Assembly: GCA_963793305.1 (NCBI GenBank)
Contig: CAWBZV010000004.1
Location: 64,001 to 128,000 of the forward strand
Direction: 5' to 3'
DNA from: an uncultured Gemmatimonadales bacterium
GTDB taxonomy: Bacteria > Gemmatimonadota > Gemmatimonadetes > Gemmatimonadales > Gemmatimonadaceae
Length of the DNA stretch: 64,000 bases
Position 1 is the stretch's first letter, and each line of letters begins with the position of its first letter. Under the pieces are notes generated by a model, which was not told the DNA's origin, did no database searches, and saw only the letters and a list, made by a program, of their open reading frames with translations. Positions 1 through 8,872 of the stretch are shown in pieces. Both the position numbers and the translations under genes were made by a program.

Positions 1-677
1 AGTGGCGGCGGTTCTCCGAAGCGCGGCGACCGCCCTCGTCGTCCCGTGGTGCGCGCCACACCGCGCCGATCGGGAACCTCGGGATGCGTACACAAGCGAC
101 GCGCCACTCTCTGTTCACGCGGTACCTCCAGCATCTCGTGACTTCCGCCTTTCTCGACCGTGACCCGCCAGGCGCTCACCCGGAGTCGCACGGCAGTCCC
201 CGTCTGTAGCGCCTGATCCTCGCCGAGTACGAGCAGTACAGCATCGCTCTCGCGCGAGAGCTGCGACAATCGCATGGTGACCGCCCGTGTCAGCGGCGGC
301 GCGCTGTCGAGCACCACGAGTCCGAATGCCCCGCTCCGCAGCAAGACATCCGCGCTCCAGGCGCCGCGCTGGGGAGTCGGTGGGCGGATGACCCATAGCG
401 TGCTCACGTGTGCCCAATCGCGCGGCACGAGCGTGCGTGTGGCGTCGATGTACGCGACCCGCTGGTTGGATCGCGTGACGATATGGCGAACGAGGGAGGT
501 TTTGCCGCTACCGAGTGGGCCCGTGATCTCGGTCAGCCGGCCTCGGGGAAGCCCACCAGACAGCGCCCGGTCGAGTGCATCGATCCCCGTGGGCACGCCG
601 GTGAACGGAACCGAGGGGTCGGGTGCCGTGACGGCGGCGAGGCGTTGTTTGAGAGCGATGAGAGAGGAGGCCGACAC
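1..677 (-). CDS. imuA: ImuA-like (RecA-fold) protein, 3' end outside the window; not in the ORF track
   Basis: Manual translation from GTG at 677: VSASSLIALKQRL...PTGIDALDRALSGGLPRGRLTEITGPLGSGKTSL...VAYIDATRTL...VLLRSGAFGLVVLD. RecA-type GGLPRGR, Walker A and Walker B are present. The frame is open to the window edge and lies directly downstream of the radical SAM gene. Confidence 0.8.
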   Translation of the reverse strand, partial: MSASSLIALKQRLAAVTAPDPSVPFTGVPTGIDALDRALSGGLPRGRLTEITGPLGSGKTSLVRHIVTRSNQRVAYIDATRTLVPRDWAHVSTLWVIRPPTPQRGAWSADVLLRSGAFGLVVLDSAPPLTRAVTMRLSQLSRESDAVLLVLGEDQALQTGTAVRLRVSAWRVTVEKGGSHEMLEVPREQRVARRLCTHPEVPDRRGVARTTGRRGRSPRFGEPPP

Positions 678-703
678 GTATCATGACACCGGATTCGGAC
701 CGG

Positions 704-1728
704 TCAGAACGCGAGCTGCTCTGGTGCGGGCTTGTCCACGAGATTCCAGAAACGCCGGCGCGGGTAGGCGATACCGTGCTTGGCGCAGATCTTGGCGAGG
801 ACGCGATGCATGCCCTCACGATAGCGATCGCCAACGCTGTGTCCCTTCGCATAGGTCGCGCGATACCGGGGGCCGAGCTCTGGGAACTCGGACTCGATCA
901 GCGGGAGATAGCGCTTCCGGGCATCGGATCTGAGCCGCAGGCTGTCGGCAAAGACCCGCTTCACGCCCAGCGCGGCGACGCGCGAACACAACGCATCGAG
1001 CGATGCGGGATCATCCGTGATCCCTGGCAGCACCGGCGCGATATTGATTCCCACATCGACTCCGGCCGCGGCCAGCCGACCCGCCGCTTTGAGCCGTGCC
1101 TCTGGAGTCGGAGACCGCGGCTCGAGGCGACGGGCCAGGTCGCGGTCAGCCGTGATCAGCGACACTTGCACGATGATCTTCGAGTTTCTCGCGATACGCG
1201 TGAGGAGGTCGATGTCGCGCGTGACCAACGGGCCCTTCGTGAAGATCACGATGCGCATATTGCCATGCTCCGCTAGCACCTCGAGAATCCCGCGGGTGAT
1301 ACGGAATCGGCGCTCGGCGGGCTGATACGGATCAGTAGCCGTGCCGAGCACGAGCGTCTCGCCTTTAATAAGCCCTGTAGGCGGTCGCTGCCATGTCGCA
1401 GCGTGTCGCGCAATACTTGAGGTGCGTTGCGTTTGACGATCACCTGACGCTCGAACGCCAGCCATGACGGGAGGGGCTCGCTGCCAGGGAGTGGCTGGCG
1501 ATCGACGACGTAGCGATGCGTAAAACGAGCGTAGCAATACGCGCAGCCGAACGCGCAGCCGACGTACGGATTGATCGACCAGTAGTCCATACCGGTCGAC
1601 TCCGGCGGGTTGAGTACGGACCGGGCCGCCGCGCCGAAGTACGCGATATCTGCCTGCGCACCCTCAGCAGAGGGTGTGCGGGGAGCCTTTTCGGCTATAT
1701 CATCATCGAAGAGGACAGTCTGCGACAC
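704..1728 (-). CDS. Radical SAM protein, Rv2578c / spore photoproduct lyase-like family (frameshift near 1365)
   Basis: N-half INPYVGCAFGCAYCYAR (CxxxCxxC) is in ORF 1273..2397. C-half GTATDPYQPAE, TKGPLVTRDIDLL, RRLEPRSPTP is in ORF 704..1537. Start is GTG at 1728. Confidence 0.85.
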
Positions 1729-1739
1729 TTCACACCATA

Positions 1740-1755
1740 CCGAACAAAGACCGTA
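1740..1755 (-). promoter_or_regulatory. Candidate SOS/LexA-type operator TACGG-N6-TTCGG next to a TATGGT -10-like box
   Basis: Minus strand reads TACGG TCTTTG TTCGG TATGGT GTGAA GTG(start). It matches the repeat upstream of dnaE2. Confidence 0.55.
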
Positions 1756-1761
1756 GGAGCA

Positions 1762-2121
1762 ATGTACCCGCTTCGCCTCTTCGCTGCCATAGTCATGATG
1801 ACGGCCTGTGCGTCCGGCGGTGGTTCCTTCCCGCCGACCGTTGGAGACGCCCCGTCTAACGTCGCACGTGCCAAGGACTTGATCGCCGCCGCTACCCAAG
1901 CGGGCGCGGACTCGCTGTCGAGGGAGGCTTTGGCCTCTGCTCGCGCCCACCTGACCGAGGCTGACTCGCTGACCAAGGTCAAGAAGCTGGATCGCGCCGC
2001 GCTCGCTGCGCGCCTCGCCGCGGCTGACGCCGCGTTCGCGCAGGCGGATTCCCAACGAGCACTGGCCGAGCGCGCCAAGGCTGCCGAGGCAGCCCGTCTG
2101 GCGAACGTGGGGAGCAACTGA
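1762..2121 (+). CDS. DUF4398-like lipoprotein (OmpA partner)
   Basis: AGGAG RBS then ATG 1762. Signal peptide with MTAC lipobox, Ala-rich helical body, coupled to the OmpA gene (TGATG). Confidence 0.7.
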   Translation: MYPLRLFAAIVMMTACASGGGSFPPTVGDAPSNVARAKDLIAAATQAGADSLSREALASARAHLTEADSLTKVKKLDRAALAARLAAADAAFAQADSQRALAERAKAAEAARLANVGSN

Positions 2122-3008
2122 TGCGGAGTCGATTCGTAGTGACCGGAGCGCTGGTCGTCCTCGGCGCGTGTGGAGCCTCGATTCAGAAACCGGAATCGCT
2201 GACGCAAGCGCAGTCGCTCTACCAGACGTTGCAATCGCAAGGCGCGGATCGGCGGGCCGAAGGCGACATGATCCGCGCGAGGGGCGCGATCGATACGGCG
2301 CAGAGCGCGTTCTCGCAGGCGCAGAACCAGGAGTACGTGAACGGGATCGCGGCGGTCGCGTTGCGCATGACGCAGACGGCCGAGGCGAGCAACTCACGGG
2401 CGGTGGCGCAGCGCTCGACGGACAGCTTGCACGACGCGCGCCTCCAGAAGCAGCTCGCGCTCTCGCAGGCTCAGGGCGCGGCCGCGCAGGCGCGCGCGGA
2501 TTCGCTGCACAAGGTGGCCGAGGCGGCGAACGCGCAGCTCGGTCAGGCGATGCAGCAGCTGCAATCGCTGGTCAGCGAGATGACGAACATCAAGGAGACC
2601 GCGCGCGGGCTCGTGCTGTCGCTCTCCGACATTCTGTTCGACGTCGGGCAAGCGACGATCAAGCCGAGCGCGCAGAATAACATCCGGCAGATTGCCTCGG
2701 TGCTGAAGCAGTATCCGAGCCATCACATCTCGGTCGAAGGGTATACGGACGCGACCGGTGGGGATGCGTACAACCTGAAGTTGTCCGAGGCCCGGGCGGG
2801 CGCGGTGCGCGCGGCGCTCGTCGGTGGCGGCATCGACTCGACGATCATCTCGTCGCACGGATTCGGCAAAGACAATCCGGTGGCCGCGAATACGACCCCC
2901 GATGGACGGGCCGCCAACCGGCGCGTCGAGGTCATCATCGAGGGCGCCGGACTCAAGGACCAGGCGACGGGCAGCACCATGCCCAAAGACTCGGCGGGGA
3001 AGCCGTAG
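2121..3008 (+). CDS. OmpA/MotB C-terminal domain lipoprotein
   Basis: LGAC lipobox, coiled coil, LFDVGQA, VEGYTDATG..YNLKLSEARA, GRAANRRVEV. Confidence 0.92.
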   Translation: MRSRFVVTGALVVLGACGASIQKPESLTQAQSLYQTLQSQGADRRAEGDMIRARGAIDTAQSAFSQAQNQEYVNGIAAVALRMTQTAEASNSRAVAQRSTDSLHDARLQKQLALSQAQGAAAQARADSLHKVAEAANAQLGQAMQQLQSLVSEMTNIKETARGLVLSLSDILFDVGQATIKPSAQNNIRQIASVLKQYPSHHISVEGYTDATGGDAYNLKLSEARAGAVRAALVGGGIDSTIISSHGFGKDNPVAANTTPDGRAANRRVEVIIEGAGLKDQATGSTMPKDSAGKP

Positions 3009-4477
3009 TAAGGCAGTCGCCGCTCGGTACGTCTCGCGCGGTCGCGTCGGTTCTTGCCGGCGCGGCCGCGTTCGCGCTCGTAGCGTTCGCGACGCGGCCG
3101 CCCGGGCCGGGGCTCGATCCGGACGCGGCGTCGTACGTGGGGGCCGCGGTCTCGTTCGTTCGCACGGGCGCGTTCCGCATACCGACGAGCGGGTGGGCGG
3201 CGATCGATACGACTGAGGCCCTGGCCCATTTCCCGCCGGGGTTCCCGATCGCGATCGCCGGTCCGATCGCGCTCGGCGTGTCGCCCGTGCAATCGGCGCG
3301 GGTCGTCATGGCGGTCTCCGCATTTGTGACGGCGGCCGTCATCGGCATGGCGCTCGACACGACGGCGCTCGGGTTGCTCGCCGTGGCGGTCGTCTTCCTG
3401 ACGCCGGCGATCGTCGACGTGCATCTCTCGGTGTTGAGCGAGCCGCTCTTTCTCGCGCTGCTCGTCGCGGCCCTCGCCTTGTTCGCGCGCGACGACGGGA
3501 TGTCGCGGCTCGCGCTCGGTCTCGTCGGCGCGTCGGCCGTCATGGTGCGATACGCGGGCGTCGGCATCGTGGTGGCCGCGGCCCTGTGGGTTGTCGCGCG
3601 CCGTGGTGTGCCATGGCGTCAGCGGCTGCGTGATCTCGTGCTCGTCTCGTTGCCGGCTGGGGTCGTGCTGCGCGTCTGGACCTCGCGGAACGCGGAGATT
3701 CGGCGCATCGCCAGCTATGGACACTTTGGCGCCACGCTTCGCGTTGGCGCGAATACCGTCGCCGACTGGCTCGCGCCCGGCATCACGGCTCCGGCCGTTC
3801 GCTGGGCGGTGGCCGCGGTGATCGTCACGATCGCGATCGTGACGGTTGTGAGAGCGTGGCGCTCGCGGCCGATCATTTGGGCGGCGGCGCTCATTGGAGC
3901 GAGCCTGGCGGCGATCACCGTCGTGTCGCGACTGCGCGCGGACCCGAACATTCCGTTCGACGAGCGCATTTGTGCGCCGGGGTTCTTGCTGGCCGAGCTG
4001 GCGACCGTTGCCGCGCTTGGTCAGGCTCCGCGCATCGCGAAGTTCTTACTCGGCGCCTGGGTCGTCGCGTCCGCCGTCGTGAGCACGGGCGCGATCAAGA
4101 ATGCGCTCGACGATGGGAACGACTTTGCCAGCTCGGACTGGCGGTATTCGCCGACCGTCGCCTGGGTGCGCGACTCGGCGAGCGGCCGGACTATCTACAC
4201 GAATTGGCCCGTGGCGTTGTACTTCCAGGCGGGCCGGAGCGCGCACAGTCTGCCGCCGGTGCTCGAGCCGCTGACGCTGCGTCGATTTGGCGACCGGCTG
4301 GCGCGAACGCATGGGCTCCTGGTGGCGTTCGACATCCCGAGCCCGGATGTCGCGCCACCGGATTCGATCGCCGAGCGACTCAGGCTCGCTCGGGTGGCGC
4401 GGCTCGATGATGGGACGGTCTGGGAGCTTGCTAACCCCGGCGACGCGACCCGCCCAGCAGCGTCAGGATCGCCGTGA
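3005..4477 (+). CDS. Polytopic membrane protein, GT-C (PMT/ArnT-like) glycosyltransferase-like; start uncertain
   Basis: GLDPDAASY, HFPPGFP, LSEPLF, RYAG motifs and many TM segments. The frame is open upstream of the track start 3137 and includes a TM helix there. Confidence 0.6.
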   Translation, partial: VVRQSPLGTSRAVASVLAGAAAFALVAFATRPPGPGLDPDAASYVGAAVSFVRTGAFRIPTSGWAAIDTTEALAHFPPGFPIAIAGPIALGVSPVQSARVVMAVSAFVTAAVIGMALDTTALGLLAVAVVFLTPAIVDVHLSVLSEPLFLALLVAALALFARDDGMSRLALGLVGASAVMVRYAGVGIVVAAALWVVARRGVPWRQRLRDLVLVSLPAGVVLRVWTSRNAEIRRIASYGHFGATLRVGANTVADWLAPGITAPAVRWAVAAVIVTIAIVTVVRAWRSRPIIWAAALIGASLAAITVVSRLRADPNIPFDERICAPGFLLAELATVAALGQAPRIAKFLLGAWVVASAVVSTGAIKNALDDGNDFASSDWRYSPTVAWVRDSASGRTIYTNWPVALYFQAGRSAHSLPPVLEPLTLRRFGDRLARTHGLLVAFDIPSPDVAPPDSIAERLRLARVARLDDGTVWELANPGDATRPAASGSP

Positions 4478-5111
4478 ACAGGTTCAGCAGGTCCAGGTAG
4501 ATATTGACCGCGGCCAGCACGTAGTCATCGGGGCCGAAGTAGTTCCGGATGCGCCACGTGTCGAACACGAGCAGGCCCGAGAAGACCAGGACTGTTGCGC
4601 CCGCGATCCAGAGCTGCACGCCCGTGCTGTGCACGAAAAAGTTGAGCAGCGACGCGACGATCAGCACGATCAGGCCCGTGAAAAAGAACGAGCCCCAAGC
4701 GGAGAAATCGCGGCGGCTGACGAAGGCGTACATCGTCAGGGCGCCAAACGCGGTGCCCGTCAGCAGGCCTGCCTCTTGGAGTACGCCCGGTTGGACGCGG
4801 GCGTAGTACAGCAGCATGGGCGCGAGGAAAATGCCCATCATGAATGTGAAGAGGTACACGAACCCGATGTTCGCCGGGAAGCTGCGGGCAGCGCTCTGGG
4901 CCGCGAGCAGTGGCGCGAACATCACGAGTCCGGCGATCAGCGGATGCTGAACGACAGCCTGCAGGATCGCCGGCTGGGACCACGAGAAAGCGGCGCCGGC
5001 AATCGTGAACAGTATGCCCGTGAAGACCAAGGCATAGGTACGGCGGACGAGGGTCGCTCGCTCGGCGCCGCTCCGGACGACTTGGGTCGGCAGGGCGTAG
5101 GACGTGCCCAT
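4431..5111 (-). CDS. Bax inhibitor-1 / YccA family membrane protein
   Basis: RRTYALV, RRDFSAWG, LVFDTWRI, YVLAAVNIYLDLLNLF. ATG at 5111. Confidence 0.92.
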   Translation of the reverse strand: MGTSYALPTQVVRSGAERATLVRRTYALVFTGILFTIAGAAFSWSQPAILQAVVQHPLIAGLVMFAPLLAAQSAARSFPANIGFVYLFTFMMGIFLAPMLLYYARVQPGVLQEAGLLTGTAFGALTMYAFVSRRDFSAWGSFFFTGLIVLIVASLLNFFVHSTGVQLWIAGATVLVFSGLLVFDTWRIRNYFGPDDYVLAAVNIYLDLLNLFTAILTLLGGSRRRG

Positions 5112-5182
5112 CTTAGGAAAGCTCCGAGAACTGAGGTTTGCTCTAAATATAACGGGCTGCCGAACGCGAATAGCTCGGGGTT

Positions 5183-5245
5183 GGGCGTCATCGCAGGGGT
5201 AGGCGGTCATCGCAGGGGTCGGCCGTCATCGCAGGGGTCGGCCGT
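5183..5245. repeat. 19-bp tandem repeat, about 3.3 copies (GGCCGTCATCGCAGGGGTC)
   Basis: Units at 5183-5201, 5202-5220 and 5221-5239, plus a partial unit. Confidence 0.9.
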
Positions 5246-5299
5246 TCGACAATTGCTTGGCCCTCCGAAAAGCAGTCGGGGCTACGCAATTGTCGAACG
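5243..5299. repeat. Inverted repeat / REP-like hairpin
   Basis: CGTTCGACAATTGC (5243-5256) is the perfect reverse complement of GCAATTGTCGAACG (5286-5299), with further imperfect inner pairing. Confidence 0.85.
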
Positions 5300-5471
5300 C
5301 CTCCCGTGGGCATCCAGCTAATGCGAGCCGCGATGAGCGACCACCGCCAGCCGGCACTGCGGCGAAAAGCGCAAGCCGGCGCTGCGTGATTTTGCAGACG
5401 CCGGCTCGTGTGCGCCCCCCTGAGAGCGCTTGCGCTGTTACGCGAGCGCCGAAGGCGCCGCGAAATGTGCC

Positions 5472-6296
5472 TTACGTTGCTTTCCGCAAATCGATGCTGC
5501 CGTTCACGGTCGAGCACCTCACGCGCGGACCGCCGGTCCCGATCTGTGCATGCAGATGATGGGGATCGATGCGACCACTCAACGCGAGTGGGTAATCAGA
5601 GTGAAAGCTGCCGTTCACCGTCGACATCTCGATGTCCGCATTGAGCTCGGTCGGCAAATACACTTTGACAGAACCATTGACGGTCGAGTACTCCAGGTGC
5701 GTCGCGTCGGATGTCGAATGCATATGCACCTCGACGTCACCGTTGACGGTGGACGCCTCGACGGGTCCGCCCATCGTGGTGGCCTCGACGCTGCCGTTGA
5801 CTGTGCTCACCTCGACCTTGCCGGTCGCACCGTCGACGAACACACCACCGTTGACGGTGGATGTCGCGATGTTGACGCCCTTCGGCAGTTGCACGGTGAA
5901 CTCGACGGAGACGTCGTCTTCGTCGTCCCACCCGTGGTGATGGTGCGAATGCGACTGATACCCGTCCTCGTCGCAACTGGACTCATTGCCCCAGAGCGCG
6001 CAGATGAGAATATCGCCGTCCAATGTCTTGTCGACGGTGAAGCGGACGACAGCCGGATCCCCGTGCCGCCAGCGCTTGTGCGCATCGACGACCACGTCGT
6101 TCCCGCTGGCCGCCTGCACGTGGACCGCCCCGGAGAGGTTCCGCACGCGGAGCCAGTGCCCACTCCCCACGTTGCCGCTCCAGTGGAAGTCCCGCGAGGT
6201 ATCGCCTCGCTCGGTCTGTGCCGACAGGGAGGCGGCCGAGAGGGCGCCGGCGGCGATCACGATGGCGAACGCGCGAATGGTCATGGTCGTTCTCAT
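5472..6296 (-). CDS. Secreted DUF4097 beta-strand repeat protein
   Basis: Signal peptide and six STVNG repeats. Confidence 0.85.
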   Translation of the reverse strand: MRTTMTIRAFAIVIAAGALSAASLSAQTERGDTSRDFHWSGNVGSGHWLRVRNLSGAVHVQAASGNDVVVDAHKRWRHGDPAVVRFTVDKTLDGDILICALWGNESSCDEDGYQSHSHHHHGWDDEDDVSVEFTVQLPKGVNIATSTVNGGVFVDGATGKVEVSTVNGSVEATTMGGPVEASTVNGDVEVHMHSTSDATHLEYSTVNGSVKVYLPTELNADIEMSTVNGSFHSDYPLALSGRIDPHHLHAQIGTGGPRVRCSTVNGSIDLRKAT

Positions 6297-7426
6297 TGGG
6301 AAGAGAGGTGCTCGAGGCGAATATCCCCGCTGAACGTCTCGATCTGAATGTGTGCCCCACCGTGTCCGAGCGTGGTCTCGATGTGCTGCCCACTGCCGTG
6401 ATGCCCGTTGGTGTCCGTGGTGATCGTGATGCGGAACTCGCTCTCGATCGACCCGCTGAACGTCTCCATGCCGAGCGAAGCGCCGATGTCCGGCGGCACG
6501 TGCAGGGTGACATCGCCCGAGTGCGAGTGGAAGTCGTACCGCCCATCGCCGGCGATCGGCCCGCCGTAGGTGAGGTTGCCGCTCACGGACTCCATGCGCA
6601 CGATGCGCGACCGGCCGTTCGGAAGCGAGATGTCGCCGCTGACCGTCGACGCGTCGACATCGCCATGGACCGCCGACAGCTCGATCTCGCCGCTCACGCA
6701 GTTGACCCGCAGGCTGCCCTCGACGTTGCGCACCCCAATGTCGCCGGACACGCCCTCGATGACCGCGTCACCGACGACATCGCCGACGCGCACCTCGCCG
6801 CTCACCGTCCGCACTTCGATCGGCCCTTTGACGCCCTCGGAGTGCAGGTCGCCCGACGTGCTCCTCATAAGCACACGCGTGCCGAACGGGACGGTGATGT
6901 CGAACTCGCTGTCGCCATCGTGGTGCTGCCGGACATCGAGCAGAATGCGATTCGCGCTGTGCTCGAAGTCGACGCGCCCTTCTTCGCTCGACGCGTGGAT
7001 CTTGGCTTCGCTGCGTGACCACCCGCGGACGGTAATGGTGCCCGAGATGATCCCGAGATCGACGATCCCGCCGGAGCCCGAGAACGCGACCGTCGTGTCG
7101 ATCGTCTCGCCATCCTGGTCGTCGCGCTCGTTGTCGCTGTCGCGATCGCGATCGTACTTGCGCTCGTATTTCTGGTCGAGCTTCTTGTCGTACTTTTCGT
7201 CCTGGTCGTACGCGTCGGCGAATTTCTCGTCGAAGTCTTTCGCGTAGTCCTTCATGGCTTTGGAGTAGTTCTTCGCCCAGTCCTTCCACTGATCGCCATA
7301 ATCCCTCCACTCACTCGACGAGGGAGGAGTTGGCGGCACAGGCGGCGTCGGGGGCGTGGGCGGCACCTGCGCCGCCGCGATGAGCGGGGCGGCGAGGAGC
7401 GCCAGGCAGATGAGGGTTGGTTTCAT
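6293..7426 (-). CDS. Secreted DUF4097 beta-strand repeat protein with Pro-rich and charged N-terminal region
   Basis: Signal peptide, PPTPP linker and repeated (T/V)SGD/E motifs. Confidence 0.85.
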   Translation of the reverse strand: MKPTLICLALLAAPLIAAAQVPPTPPTPPVPPTPPSSSEWRDYGDQWKDWAKNYSKAMKDYAKDFDEKFADAYDQDEKYDKKLDQKYERKYDRDRDSDNERDDQDGETIDTTVAFSGSGGIVDLGIISGTITVRGWSRSEAKIHASSEEGRVDFEHSANRILLDVRQHHDGDSEFDITVPFGTRVLMRSTSGDLHSEGVKGPIEVRTVSGEVRVGDVVGDAVIEGVSGDIGVRNVEGSLRVNCVSGEIELSAVHGDVDASTVSGDISLPNGRSRIVRMESVSGNLTYGGPIAGDGRYDFHSHSGDVTLHVPPDIGASLGMETFSGSIESEFRITITTDTNGHHGSGQHIETTLGHGGAHIQIETFSGDIRLEHLSSQ

Positions 7427-7432
7427 CGTCGC

Positions 7433-8137
7433 TCAGGTACGGGCCGGGAGTAACGCGACCGTGCGCAGAAGCGTGAGCTTCGTGTCCAGCGCGTGGTCGA
7501 GCTGATCGGCTAGGAATGCGCTGGAGGAATCTTTCCGCAGCGCGGCGCGGCTTTCGGCGATCGCCGAATCAATCACGCTCAAGTTTTTCTCGATCACCGC
7601 GATCGTCTTGGGATCGAGTTGGGCACGACGGTCGCGGACGATCGTCCGCAAGCCGTCGATCTCTCTCTCATAGGTCACGGTCGCGGGCAGTTTCTCGGCA
7701 ACCGGGATCACCGGAGTCTGGACCGGCGGCAGCGTGTTGTTCGGGTTGTTCTTGGCGAGTTGGATCGTAGGCCGCATAAACCGCATCACCGAGACCGTGC
7801 CGATCGCCGTCGCGAAGATCAGGGCGGCGGCCGCCGCGCCGTTCACCAACCAATGGCGCCGCCGCACCGCCATGCGCTCCCGTCGCTCGTCGAGCGAGAC
7901 CACACCCGTCGACAACCGGGCGGCGATGTCCGGCCACAGATCCCGCGACGGCGTGAGCAACGGCAGCTCAGCCGCCCGCGCCCGAATGTCGTCGAGGTCG
8001 CGGACCAACGACGCGCATCGCTCGCACGTCGCCAGGTGCATCCGCACCGCGGCCATGCTGGCCGCATCGAGCGACCGCTCGAGATAGTCCGGGAGCAACG
8101 CGTCACACGCGTCGCACTGCAATTCAGGTGTCATCAT
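7433..8137 (-). CDS. zf-HC2 (ZAS) transmembrane anti-sigma factor
   Basis: HLATCERC (HxxxCxxC), one TM helix, ATGA-coupled to the ECF sigma gene. Confidence 0.85.
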   Translation of the reverse strand: MMTPELQCDACDALLPDYLERSLDAASMAAVRMHLATCERCASLVRDLDDIRARAAELPLLTPSRDLWPDIAARLSTGVVSLDERRERMAVRRRHWLVNGAAAAALIFATAIGTVSVMRFMRPTIQLAKNNPNNTLPPVQTPVIPVAEKLPATVTYEREIDGLRTIVRDRRAQLDPKTIAVIEKNLSVIDSAIAESRAALRKDSSSAFLADQLDHALDTKLTLLRTVALLPART

Positions 8138-8715
8138 CGTTCCAACGCGCCGCGGAGAAGGAGCCGGGCCCGATGCAATTGCGCTTTGCTTCCGCCCGAA
8201 GTGATTCCCAGCATCTCGGCGATCTCCTCATGTCGATAGCCCTGCACATCATGTAACACGAACACTCGTCGTGCACCCGGTGGGAGCCCCGCGACCGCCT
8301 GTTCCAAGTCCATGATCGTCCCTGGATTCCTGAAGGTCTCGCGCTCTCCACTCGTTTCAGTCCGTTCATCACTCTCTTCGTCCGTCACGAACCGCTTCCG
8401 CGCCCGGCCCGCGGTTTTGCGGGCATTCAAGACCACGTTCACGGCCAGCCGGTACAGCCACGTGCCAAACGCGCTCTCACCACGAAACGACGACAACCGT
8501 TCCCATGCCCGGACAAAGCAGTCCTGAGTCAGTTCTTCGGCCATCGTCCGGTCGCCCGCCATCCGGATGCAGAGCGAGAACACCCGATCGACGTGGACGC
8601 GGTACAGCCGCTCGAACGCCCGTGCGTCGCCCGCCCGGGCGGCCGCAATGTCCGTCGCCTCAGCCGCCCTGGCGGCCTCAGCGTCGTTTGCCGCCTCAAA
8701 AGGCGCCACAAGCAT
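8134..8715 (-). CDS. ECF sigma-70 factor
   Basis: AEELTQDCFVRAW, FRGESAFGTWLYRLAVN, LPPGARRVFVLHDVQGYRHEEIAEMLG..SKAQLHRAR. Probable ATG at 8715. Confidence 0.93.
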   Translation of the reverse strand: MLVAPFEAANDAEAARAAEATDIAAARAGDARAFERLYRVHVDRVFSLCIRMAGDRTMAEELTQDCFVRAWERLSSFRGESAFGTWLYRLAVNVVLNARKTAGRARKRFVTDEESDERTETSGERETFRNPGTIMDLEQAVAGLPPGARRVFVLHDVQGYRHEEIAEMLGITSGGSKAQLHRARLLLRGALER

Positions 8716-8872
8716 CGGTCGGACTGTCCATGCGTCTCGTGTGTTGAGATCGCCGGACCGTCCCGAAGGTTTGCATCTACCGCTCCGCGGTACGTCGAGG
8801 CAGCCAAAAGCCCTGCTCGACTGGTCTATTCGACAGGAGAGTCGGCTGCGCCGATCTCCAGCAACTGGGTTC

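Noticed and set aside
274..933. Plus-strand ORFs 274..933 and 408..686
   Set aside because: Antisense shadows of the imuA-like gene on the minus strand.
5183..5245. Possible CRISPR array
   Set aside because: The repeats are contiguous with no spacers, only 19 bp long, and there are no cas genes.
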